DNA of 64,000 nucleotides from assembly GCA_965217585.1 (NCBI GenBank), contig OZ244561.1, forward strand, positions 6,400,001-6,464,000. Reading direction: 5' to 3'. The stretch is from Candidatus Latescibacterota bacterium. GTDB lineage: Bacteria; Latescibacterota; UBA2968; UBA8231. The notes beneath the pieces were generated by a model that was given only the letters and a program-made list of their open reading frames with translations, made no database searches and was not told the DNA's origin. Of the stretch, positions 37,583 through 46,451 are shown one piece after another. The position numbers and the translations under genes were made by a program. The number at the start of each line of letters is the position of its first letter. Position 1 is the stretch's first letter.

Positions 37583-38644
37583 ATGCCTCGTCTTTATCGA
37601 TTGCTCATCGGGCTTGGCCTGTTGAGCGTCTGTGGCTGCAATCTCAATTACTATTGGCATCTGGCCCGCGGCCAAAGTCGCGTGGTGTACAAGCGCATAC
37701 CCGTCCAAAACCTCCTCGCCCGACCCGACCTAGCCGAGCAAACTCGGACGCAACTAGAGCTGATCCAAACCATTCTTCGCTACGCCGAAAGCGTGGGTCT
37801 GAAAACAGACGACCATTACACGGCCTTCTACGATACGGGCGGCGACCCGATCAGTTGGAATGTCAGCGCTTGTCCGCCCGACCGCTTCTCGCCCTATACT
37901 TGGGATTTTCCGTTCGTCGGCGAGGTCCCCTATAAAGGTTTCTTTCGCCGCGATTTGGCCGACGAGCAGCGCGATGCCCTCGCCGCCGCAGGGTATGACG
38001 CAATCGTTCGCCCGGTCAGTGCCTACAGCACCTTGGGCATTTTCTCCGATCCAATCCTCAGCTCAATGCTCAACTACGCGCCCGACCAACTAGCCGATTT
38101 GATCCTCCACGAACTGACTCACGCCCTCGTCTATGCCCCAAGACAGACCGATTACAACGAGAGCTTGGCGACCTTCGTCGGCCGCCAAGGGTCCCTGCTC
38201 TTCTTGGCGCAGCACTTCGGCATCGATACCCCGCTCTTGCAACAGGCTGAGGCGCACCGAGCGGACGCGGCCCTCTTTCGGCACTTCATGGCCGAGACCG
38301 TCGCAGCACTCGACAGCCTCTACTCGCTGGGCCTGCCTCGCAGCGTTGTTCTGCGCGACCGACATATCGTTTTTGCTCAGCGCCAGCGCGATTTCACCCT
38401 CATCAGAACGCAGTTTACCCACAACCAGTACGATGGGTTCCTCCAATGGGAACTAAACAATGCGCGGCTCCTATCTTATCGTCGCTACAACTCCAATCTA
38501 GCGCTTTTCTTTGATGTTTATCGCACCCGCGGCGAGGACTTGGCCAGTGCCTTGGAGATTTTTGCGGCCTGCGCTGAAGACGGCAACCCTTGGCAGTGCC
38601 TGCGCGTTACAATAGAGCCTGAGGAGGAGAGGAACCCGTCATAG
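37583..38644 (+). CDS. Putative zinc aminopeptidase lipoprotein (DUF2265-type)
   Basis: Lipobox-like VCGC; FPFVGEVPYKGFF, AYSTLG, HELTH, NESLATF. Confidence 0.85.
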   Translation: MPRLYRLLIGLGLLSVCGCNLNYYWHLARGQSRVVYKRIPVQNLLARPDLAEQTRTQLELIQTILRYAESVGLKTDDHYTAFYDTGGDPISWNVSACPPDRFSPYTWDFPFVGEVPYKGFFRRDLADEQRDALAAAGYDAIVRPVSAYSTLGIFSDPILSSMLNYAPDQLADLILHELTHALVYAPRQTDYNESLATFVGRQGSLLFLAQHFGIDTPLLQQAEAHRADAALFRHFMAETVAALDSLYSLGLPRSVVLRDRHIVFAQRQRDFTLIRTQFTHNQYDGFLQWELNNARLLSYRRYNSNLALFFDVYRTRGEDLASALEIFAACAEDGNPWQCLRVTIEPEEERNPS

Positions 38645-38673
38645 CCTCCTCTTAGCCGATTTCTTGGGTCCGA

Positions 38674-39543
38674 ATGGTAGCTAAACACCTCTTGACAATG
38701 CTCTTGCTGGCGGCCCTCGCCTTTGGTCCGCTTGGGTGCGCCGCTAGGTTGCAGTCCGCGTTAGTGGGGTCGTTGATAGAAGACGTTAGTGCGGCCACAG
38801 CCCGTCACGACGATTTGGATTTGGTCGCCTCGGGCGTGCCTACTTTCCTACTCTTATTAGAAGGACTGCTGGTGGCCAATCCCCAAGACCCGCAATTGCT
38901 CTTAAGTGCTGCTGAGACCTATACTTCCTATGCTACTTTGGTCGAAGTCGACGATCCCCAACGAGCCAAGCACCTGTACCATCGGGCCAAGGTGTACGGT
39001 CTCAAAACCCTCTCTCTGCGCCTTAGTCAACCAGGCTTACTCCGAGCACCTTATGCTGAATTTATCCGCGTCACCGATGACCTAGAGGCCTCAGATCTGC
39101 CGGTCGTGTTCTGGGCCGCTTCGAGTTGGGGTGCTTGGATTAGTGCCAATATTGAATCCATGGCGGCACTGGCTGAATTGCCCAAAGTCATTAAACTCAT
39201 GCAGTGGATCGTGGCCCAAGACGAGACCTTTCAATACGGGAGTTCCCATGTCTTCTTGGGGTCCTATTACGCAGCCCTACCGCCGATGTTGGGCGGCAAC
39301 CCGGAAAAGGCCGCCGAGCACTTCGACCGAGCGGTGGCTATCAGCAAAGGACAGGTGCTCATGGTTTACGTAGCCAAGGCCAAATTCTATGCTCGGAACA
39401 CTTTTGACCGGGTGCTATACGAATCCCTGCTCAACCAAGCCCTAACCAGCCCAGCGGACGCCGTACCGGAGCTTACCTTGCAAAACATCGCCGCCCAAAA
39501 ACAGGCGCAGATCCTGCTAGATCAAGCCGATGACTTCTTTTAA
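38674..39543 (+). CDS. TRAP transporter TatT component (TPR lipoprotein)
   Basis: LGC lipobox; PPMLGGNPEKAAEHFDRA pattern; upstream of dctPQM. Confidence 0.88.
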   Translation: MVAKHLLTMLLLAALAFGPLGCAARLQSALVGSLIEDVSAATARHDDLDLVASGVPTFLLLLEGLLVANPQDPQLLLSAAETYTSYATLVEVDDPQRAKHLYHRAKVYGLKTLSLRLSQPGLLRAPYAEFIRVTDDLEASDLPVVFWAASSWGAWISANIESMAALAELPKVIKLMQWIVAQDETFQYGSSHVFLGSYYAALPPMLGGNPEKAAEHFDRAVAISKGQVLMVYVAKAKFYARNTFDRVLYESLLNQALTSPADAVPELTLQNIAAQKQAQILLDQADDFF

Positions 39544-40534
39544 GGGACTTTTTGCGGTCGTCGCCGCTTTCATAGCCAGCTCTGTCGCGGCCCAACCCAA
39601 TCACCTCCTCAAAATTGCGACCCTCGCCCCGGAGGGCAGTGGCTGGGCCAAGGTCCTCCGCACCATTGACGCGGACGTGCGGCGAGAGACGGGCGGCAAT
39701 GTGGGATTCAAAATCTATCCTGGCGGCGTCCAAGGCGACGAGAAAGTCATCTTGCGCAAGATGCGCATCGGCCAGCTCCACGGCGGTAATTTTGGCGGCC
39801 TAGGCATCAGCCAGACCTTTCCCGATGTCCTCGCGCTGGAAATGCCCTTCCTCTTCGACAGCTATGCCGAAATAGATTACGTGCTCGAGAAAATGGATGC
39901 CTTTTACCGGCAAGGATACGAGGAACGAGGCTATGTCTTTCTCGGTTGGGTCGACATTGGCTTTGTCCACATCCTCTCGCAGCAACCCGTAGCTACCGTC
40001 GCGGACATGCGCACTCAAAAGGTATGGCAGCTACCCGATGAACCGATTACCTCCGTGCTTTTCCGTATAGCCGGCGTTACCTCAGTTCCCCTCAACATCC
40101 CGGATGTCCTCCTCGGGTTGCAGACCAACCTAATTGATGTAGTGTACGCCTCGCCGTCCGTGACCATCATTCTCCAATGGTTTACCCGCGCAAAATATGT
40201 CACCCAACTTCCCATCAACTACACCCTAGGCGCTCTCTTGCTCGACAAGCGAATTTTCGCCAAAATTCCCGCCGCCGATCGCGAGCGCATCCACCGCATA
40301 GCGCAGCAGCACCTAGCCGCCTTGGGACAGCGCAACCGCCGAGAAAACGACGAGGCCATGGCTGTGTTGCAGGCCAATGGCCTGTCGCTGGTCGAGGTTG
40401 GCCCTAATGATGTAGAGACCTTCAAGGGCCTCGTCGCCAGCGCCGAAGCCGAGCTCGTGGGCCAGGCCTTTTCTAGTGCAGCTCACGAACAAATAGCGCG
40501 ACACCTCCAGGAATTTCGCCAGGCTTCCCCTTGA
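39530..40534 (+). CDS. dctP: TRAP substrate-binding protein DctP (TatP)
   Basis: KIATLAPEGSGW, IYPGGVQGDE, KMRIGQLHG, LQTNLID. Confidence 0.92.
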   Translation: MTSFKGLFAVVAAFIASSVAAQPNHLLKIATLAPEGSGWAKVLRTIDADVRRETGGNVGFKIYPGGVQGDEKVILRKMRIGQLHGGNFGGLGISQTFPDVLALEMPFLFDSYAEIDYVLEKMDAFYRQGYEERGYVFLGWVDIGFVHILSQQPVATVADMRTQKVWQLPDEPITSVLFRIAGVTSVPLNIPDVLLGLQTNLIDVVYASPSVTIILQWFTRAKYVTQLPINYTLGALLLDKRIFAKIPAADRERIHRIAQQHLAALGQRNRRENDEAMAVLQANGLSLVEVGPNDVETFKGLVASAEAELVGQAFSSAAHEQIARHLQEFRQASP

Positions 40535-41007
40535 GCGGTCAGCACTTCCTCCACCGACTCGAGACCGGCTTCCTCGTCCTTTTGGTAACCTGCTTGCTGG
40601 TGCTGACCTGCGGGCAGATTCTCATGCGCAACCTGTTCTCCATCACCTTCTTGGGCACCGAAAGTCTCGTGCGGCACCTCGTGTTGTGGATTGGGCTAGC
40701 CGGCGCTTTGGTCGCCACCCGGCTCGACAAACACATCCGCATTGACGCTGCGTTGCGCCTGCTACCCGCCGGGGTGCGAGCTATTGTCTTGAGCTGTGCA
40801 GACTTTTTTGCCGCTGCCCTTTGCGCCTATTTAGCGTATATCGCCGGATGCTTCGTGCTCGACGAACGCGCATTCGGCACGATGGCTTTCTTGGCCGTCC
40901 CCGCTTGGATCGCCCAACTGTGCTTTCCCCTCGTCTTTGGCTTGATGGGGTTGCGCTTCCTCTTGCAGGGCGGGCGACGCCTCCGCGCCCCCGCAGATCG
41001 CTCGTGA
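40531..41007 (+). CDS. dctQ: TRAP small permease DctQ
   Basis: Four TMs; LVLWIGLAGA...KHIRID. Confidence 0.9.
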   Translation: MSGQHFLHRLETGFLVLLVTCLLVLTCGQILMRNLFSITFLGTESLVRHLVLWIGLAGALVATRLDKHIRIDAALRLLPAGVRAIVLSCADFFAAALCAYLAYIAGCFVLDERAFGTMAFLAVPAWIAQLCFPLVFGLMGLRFLLQGGRRLRAPADRS

Positions 41008-42257
41008 GCAGCCTCCTAGCCACCCTAGCCGCCCTAGCCGGGGTCCCGCTCTTTGTGGTCATCAGCGCGATGGCCCTTTTGCACTTCTCCTTCGCCGAGA
41101 TCGATTTAACCGTCGTTTTCATCGAGATGTATCGGATAGCCGAAACACCGACCTTAACGGCTATTCCGCTCTTCGCTCTCACGGGTTTCATCCTCGCCGA
41201 AAGCGGCGCACCGACTCGTCTGGTGCGCTTCTCCCAAGCCTTGCTCGGCTGGCTGCCAGGGGGTCTGGCCATTATGGCCATTATCGTCTGCGCCCTCTTT
41301 ACTGCTTTGACCGGGGCTTCGGGAATGACGATTGTCGCGCTCGGCGGGCTGCTCTTGCCCGCTCTACGACAACAGCGCCTGCCCGATTCGTTTTCCCTCG
41401 GGCTGATTACCACCTCAGGCAGCTTAGGGTTGCTCTTTCCGCCGAGCCTGCCGCTAATCATCTACGGCATCGTATCCGAGACGCCGGTAGACCAGCTTTT
41501 TATCGCGGGCATCGCCCCCGGCTTGCTCTTGGTCGGTGCGCTGTCCTGCTACAGCTTGTTCCAAGGCCGGCGCTGTGCCGCGCCCGAGCGCTCCACCGGG
41601 TGGCGCGAATTGCCGCAAGCCTTTGTCGCTTGTAGTTGGGAGCTTCTTTTACCGGTGGTGATCTTCGGGGGGATCTACGGGGGGATAATCGCCGTCAGCG
41701 AGGCTGCGGCTTTGAGCGCCCTATACGCTCTGGTAGTGGTGGTGCTGATCCGTCGCGAGGTCTCCATCGGGCAACTGCCGAAGATCATCTGCGAAAGCAT
41801 GGTGCTAGTCGGCGGCATTTTCGTCGTCTTGGCCGCGGCCATGGCCTATACCAACTACCTCGTCGATGCGGAAGTCCCAACGCGCTTACTCGCCTATATA
41901 GAGACTCATATCAGCAGCCGCCTGCTGTTCTTGATTCTCCTCAATGTGTTTCTGCTAGCGGTTGGCTGTATGATCGACATGTTCTCTGCCCTCCTCATCG
42001 TCGTGCCTCTGATCCTGCCCATCGCCGCAGCATACGATGTGCACCCCATTCACCTCGGGATCATTTTTTTGACCAACTTGGAAATCGGCTACTCGACGCC
42101 GCCGGTTGGTCTCAACCTATTTATTGCCAGCATTCGCTTTGAACAGCCCGTACATCGGCTCTACCGAGTCTCTTTGCCTTTTCTGTTGATTCTGTTGGCT
42201 TGTTTAGTTGTGATTACCTACTGGGCTGATTTGAGTTTGTTTCTCGTTGAGTCTTAA
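41004..42257 (+). CDS. dctM: TRAP large permease DctM
   Basis: AIPLF, TGASG, GLLFPPS, TPPVGLNLF; GTGA overlap with dctQ. Confidence 0.93.
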   Translation: MSSLLATLAALAGVPLFVVISAMALLHFSFAEIDLTVVFIEMYRIAETPTLTAIPLFALTGFILAESGAPTRLVRFSQALLGWLPGGLAIMAIIVCALFTALTGASGMTIVALGGLLLPALRQQRLPDSFSLGLITTSGSLGLLFPPSLPLIIYGIVSETPVDQLFIAGIAPGLLLVGALSCYSLFQGRRCAAPERSTGWRELPQAFVACSWELLLPVVIFGGIYGGIIAVSEAAALSALYALVVVVLIRREVSIGQLPKIICESMVLVGGIFVVLAAAMAYTNYLVDAEVPTRLLAYIETHISSRLLFLILLNVFLLAVGCMIDMFSALLIVVPLILPIAAAYDVHPIHLGIIFLTNLEIGYSTPPVGLNLFIASIRFEQPVHRLYRVSLPFLLILLACLVVITYWADLSLFLVES

Positions 42258-42273
42258 GTTTTTTTGCTGGATA

Positions 42274-42301
42274 TATTTACATATTAATTTTTATATGGCA
42301 T
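42274..42301 (-). repeat. dif-like 11-6-11 site, copy 5
   Basis: Minus strand ATGCCATATAA-AAATTA-ATATGTAAATA; includes the mcrC stop codon. Confidence 0.65.
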
Positions 42302-43451
42302 TTTCTATTTTGCGGATCACGCGTTGGCCCGCTTGCTCTAGATCCTCGGCTTCGAGATCGTACCCAAGCGCCTGCACAGCCACTGGGCCGACCTCGAACT
42401 GCTCGTCCATGTCGCTGCTGGGATAGAGCAAAAAGGCCCGACGTGCCCCTATCTGCACCGCATAGGCAACCACCTGTTGCACATCGCTTTCCACGGGGCC
42501 ATCGGCCTTGTACTTTGCATCAATTACCGCCAGCGGCTGCCCGGTTATCGCTGAAAACAGGGCCATATCCAAGCGGAAGGAAAGCCGCTCTGTTCCCTTG
42601 AGTCGCGTGTGATACTGGGCTTTGAGTTCGACCTTGTGGTTTAGCTTGTGGTCGATAAACGCCGTGCAAAACCGCTCGAATAAGGTTGGCATGTGCAGCA
42701 GGTACGCCGGGCCTTCTTCGGCTCCCAGCCCCCAAGCCGGGCTCCGCTGTTGGAGCAAGGGATAACACAGGGCATGCATGGGTCGGTAGTCCTCGTTTAG
42801 CCTGTGGTACGCTACGCCGAGGCAATCTGCGGGGCGAATGTGGCGGTAATTTAGCTCGCTCAGTGCCCACCAAGCTCGACCGACCATTTGCCGAATGCTT
42901 TCGCGGCGAAAGGCAAAGCGCCTCAGGCCGTACAGCACATTGGCCAAGATGCGGTTGTCGAGGATATCTGGCGTGTGCTCTGCAAACCGACAGTAGGGAT
43001 GGACGCCTATATAGCTGCGCTCGGGGTACATGCGCCCCCGCACCCACCGACTGGGACCTTCGCGAGTTTGGTAATCCCAAAACAACCCGCGCCGCACCCG
43101 TTGTAAGACCTTGCGCGCGAGTACCTCGGCCCAAAACTCGTAGATATCCCCCATGGCGGCCGGGGCTTTGTGCGCGCTGATTTTGGGCAACTGATAGGCG
43201 TATTCTAGCATGGGCATGAGCAGCGAGCAGCGTATTTTGGGATTGATTTCCAAGGCGGCATCTGTGCCCAATGGCACCACGCCGACATAGCCCCGCGACC
43301 TGAGCTGATAACACTGGCTATTAAGCGGGCTGGGGAAGCCGAACTCCAGCTCTTTTGGATATTGGGCGTGCAGGTGCAGAGCCTGTTCGACCGCAAGCTC
43401 GGCAGCCGGAATCGCGGCCACTTCCTCTTCGATCAACTCGTAGCGTCGCAC
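42291..43451 (-). CDS. mcrC: McrC-family PD-(D/E)xK restriction nuclease subunit
   Basis: GYVGVV...INPKI, DNRIL, MPTLFERF, RLD...IDAKYK, DVQQVVAYA; GTG start overlapping mcrB end. Confidence 0.88.
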   Translation of the reverse strand: MRRYELIEEEVAAIPAAELAVEQALHLHAQYPKELEFGFPSPLNSQCYQLRSRGYVGVVPLGTDAALEINPKIRCSLLMPMLEYAYQLPKISAHKAPAAMGDIYEFWAEVLARKVLQRVRRGLFWDYQTREGPSRWVRGRMYPERSYIGVHPYCRFAEHTPDILDNRILANVLYGLRRFAFRRESIRQMVGRAWWALSELNYRHIRPADCLGVAYHRLNEDYRPMHALCYPLLQQRSPAWGLGAEEGPAYLLHMPTLFERFCTAFIDHKLNHKVELKAQYHTRLKGTERLSFRLDMALFSAITGQPLAVIDAKYKADGPVESDVQQVVAYAVQIGARRAFLLYPSSDMDEQFEVGPVAVQALGYDLEAEDLEQAGQRVIRKIENAI

Positions 43452-44893
43452 GCCCAATCCTGCAAACGCCCGGAGACCTTGGACCAGCGAAAGCGCGCCA
43501 TCTGGTCTGGGCGATCGAAAAACACTTCCTCCAGATACGGCTCGACCTCGCCTTGCCAAATATGCGCCAGCGCCGTCGCGAGATCAGCGACCATAAAAAA
43601 AGAAATGCCCAGCTCACAATCCTCGTCCCCAATGGATTGATTTACTTCTTTTAGTAGAGCGACCAATTTCTCCGGGGGTAAGCCCTTCTGCTCGAGATAA
43701 TTTGCCAAGAGCTGGTAGTTGGGGCGCAGGCGGACAAAGCTGAATCGCCGCCGCATGGCTTGGTCAACCAAGGCGATCGACCGGTCAGCCGTGTTCATCG
43801 TGCCGATGAGATAGACATTGGCGGGGATCGAAAACTCGGGGCCGCCACCGGCCAGCGCGATCGGGCGGTGGCGGTATTCCAACAGGTACATTAGCTCGCC
43901 GAAAACGCGCGCGAGATTTGCGCGATTGATTTCGTCGATGATCAGCACACAGGGCTTTCCCCCGGCATGGCGTGCCTTGGCGCAAAACCGCAGAAAGTGC
44001 CCAGCGGCCAATTCGTAGTGTAGTGCGCCCTCTACCACCTGTGGCCGAATCCCCTGGACGAAATCCTCATACGCGTACGAGGAGTGGAATTGGACGAGTT
44101 CGCTAAAACCGCCTCCATCCACCAGATAGCGCGCCAGGCGCTCGGCCAAGTACGTCTTACCGGTGCCGGGCGGTCCATATAGGATGAGCTGCTGCTTGCG
44201 CCGCAGTTGGGCAACCCAGCCCTTTAGCTGGTCGGAACTATAGCCGGTCTCCTCGGCGAGGGCTTGGTCGTCGTAGTTCTTCTCCACACGGGGGGAGACG
44301 GCACGGCCGCGGTCATGCCGCTCTACGGTCTCTTGTATCTGTTCCATGCGCCGCTCGAGTTCGCTTGCTAAAATGACCGGCTGCAATTGCTCGACCTCAA
44401 AGGGCCTAACGCGCAGGTGCAGGCCCGTTTGACGCAAGAATTTCGGTTGGACGGGGGTGCAGCGATACACCCTCAGCACCGTCAGCCAAATGTCCCGCTC
44501 AATCCCCGCCCGCCATGCTTCGACGGCTTGAGCCGTCCACGGCGTCAGTTCGGCCGCCAGCGCGCCGACCCAGGCGGCATTGGGCAGCTTGAAGTAGCCC
44601 ACGGGCACGGCCAGCGCATTCACCAGCCCTTTCTCTGCCCAGCGCTCGGCTTGCTGCGCGTTGCTAAAATCTTCCGGCGACCACCCGGTGCCCTCCGTGC
44701 CCTTGGCGTAATAACACGCGGCCGTGCTTTCCCATAACGGCATGGCTTTCAGCAGCCGCGTGCCGCGAATGATCACCATAGCTTCGCCCGCTGCCAGTGC
44801 GGCGACTTCGGGACCGGGGCGGCGCAAAAGCCGGTCGTACGGCCCGGTCAAAGGCTTGTCTAAGCGCAGACGAATGGACTTCAGTTGAGTCAT
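43433..44893 (-). CDS. mcrB: McrB-family AAA+ GTPase with DUF1802-like N-terminal domain
   Basis: GPPGTGKT, VQFHSSYAYEDF, DEINRA, TMNTADRS, RRRF. Confidence 0.9.
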   Translation of the reverse strand: MTQLKSIRLRLDKPLTGPYDRLLRRPGPEVAALAAGEAMVIIRGTRLLKAMPLWESTAACYYAKGTEGTGWSPEDFSNAQQAERWAEKGLVNALAVPVGYFKLPNAAWVGALAAELTPWTAQAVEAWRAGIERDIWLTVLRVYRCTPVQPKFLRQTGLHLRVRPFEVEQLQPVILASELERRMEQIQETVERHDRGRAVSPRVEKNYDDQALAEETGYSSDQLKGWVAQLRRKQQLILYGPPGTGKTYLAERLARYLVDGGGFSELVQFHSSYAYEDFVQGIRPQVVEGALHYELAAGHFLRFCAKARHAGGKPCVLIIDEINRANLARVFGELMYLLEYRHRPIALAGGGPEFSIPANVYLIGTMNTADRSIALVDQAMRRRFSFVRLRPNYQLLANYLEQKGLPPEKLVALLKEVNQSIGDEDCELGISFFMVADLATALAHIWQGEVEPYLEEVFFDRPDQMARFRWSKVSGRLQDWACDATS

Positions 44894-45015
44894 TGCACGT
44901 ATCCTCTATGCACAATAATAGGCTTAGGCCGCTCTTTCCAAAATTCAGGCCTTTTTTATTTTCTCCTCCACCTCAAGCCCTACAAGGTCCCTTGCCCCGC
45001 CGACTCTCTCTGACC

Positions 45016-46404
45016 GTGTCCAAACTAGCGCCCAAACAATGGGTGGGCTTGCTATTGGGTATCGCGGCCCTCCTTTTGGGCTTTGCCGCCCCTTTGGCCG
45101 CGCTGCCTAGCCCAGTGCAAAACGCCCTTGGCATCGCCCTCTTTGCCCTGTTTTTTTGGACTACTGAACCCATACCTATCGCGCTGAGTTCGGCGGGGGT
45201 GCTCGTCCTGATCCCGGCCGTTGGCCTGCTGAGCTTCGAGCAGAGCCTAGCCCCTTTCGCCTCCAAGACGGTCTGGCTCGTCCTCGCCGGCATGGTCCTG
45301 AGCTTGGGGGTGGCCAAAACAGGCCTCGGAGACGCGCTGGCATCTTGGCTTCAGTCCCGTCTGTCGCAACGCCCCTTCTTCCTACTCTGCCAATTGCACC
45401 TGATCGGGCTGGTGGTGGCCTTCCTGATCCCGTCCGGGGTAATCCGCGTCCTGTTCTTGATGCCGATTGGCATCGCCCTCGTCGAGCACCTGCACGTTCG
45501 CCCATCGCCGCATCTCAAGGCCGCCGTCCTGCTCTCCCTGCTTTGCAGCACGTATTTTGGTGGTTGTGGGCTTTTGACCGGCTCCGTGCCCAATTTGGTC
45601 TTGGCTGGCCAATACGAAAAAACCCAAGGCGCACCCATATTTTGGGCCACTTGGCTGTATTGGATGTTTCCGATCATCGGCTTTTTGCGAACGTTGGTAT
45701 CGCTCGGTGTGATATGGATGCTGTTTGGCCGCCACCTCGACGGACATGTCATCCAGCAGGCCCCTCCCCCAAGCAGCACACCGCTGACCCGCGTCCAGCG
45801 GCGCGCCCTGTACATTCTCTTTGCGGGAGTGGGCTTGTGGGCCACGGACCTCTTGCACCACATCCAACCCGCCTATGTTGGCTTGGGCCTAGTGGTGTTG
45901 TTCGTCTGGCCGCGCTGGGGGCCGCTCCATTTTGGCGACTTGCTCAAGGTACGATTCGCGCTCCTAGCCTATATTGTCGCTCTGCTCACGTTGGGCCACG
46001 CCTTAGACGAGGTTGGATTTAACCACCTGTTCATCGCGGCTTTTGGCGAGCATCTGGCGTTGGCGGAATACGGCTGGCTGGGCAAGCACCTGTCGCTTTG
46101 TTTGGTCGCCCTGCCGCTCGATTTCCTGATGGACATCGCCGCGGTGGCCGGTGTGGCGACCATCCCCCTGATGGAGTTAGGTGCCCAGCACGGGATTGCG
46201 CCGCTGCCGGCGGCATTCAGCGTGGCTATGGCCACGACCTTGGCCTTCTTGCCCTACCAGTCGGCACCTTTCATGGTAGCCTATGGTTTTCGGCAGCTCT
46301 CCATGCAGCAGCTCGTCTTCGCTCAGGGCCTCATTTCCACGGCATCCTTGGTCTTGCTCTGTCCGCTCAATCTGCTCTATTGGCGGTGGCTAGGGCTAAT
46401 CTGA
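45016..46404 (+). CDS. SLC13/DASS-family anion permease (start approximate)
   Basis: WTTEPIP, IPSGVIR, TGSVPN, LPYQSAP; many TMs. Confidence 0.85.
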   Translation: MSKLAPKQWVGLLLGIAALLLGFAAPLAALPSPVQNALGIALFALFFWTTEPIPIALSSAGVLVLIPAVGLLSFEQSLAPFASKTVWLVLAGMVLSLGVAKTGLGDALASWLQSRLSQRPFFLLCQLHLIGLVVAFLIPSGVIRVLFLMPIGIALVEHLHVRPSPHLKAAVLLSLLCSTYFGGCGLLTGSVPNLVLAGQYEKTQGAPIFWATWLYWMFPIIGFLRTLVSLGVIWMLFGRHLDGHVIQQAPPPSSTPLTRVQRRALYILFAGVGLWATDLLHHIQPAYVGLGLVVLFVWPRWGPLHFGDLLKVRFALLAYIVALLTLGHALDEVGFNHLFIAAFGEHLALAEYGWLGKHLSLCLVALPLDFLMDIAAVAGVATIPLMELGAQHGIAPLPAAFSVAMATTLAFLPYQSAPFMVAYGFRQLSMQQLVFAQGLISTASLVLLCPLNLLYWRWLGLI

Positions 46405-46451
46405 AGCGCCATTGGCGTTTATGATTAGCAATGCTTATGATAAATCGCGTC

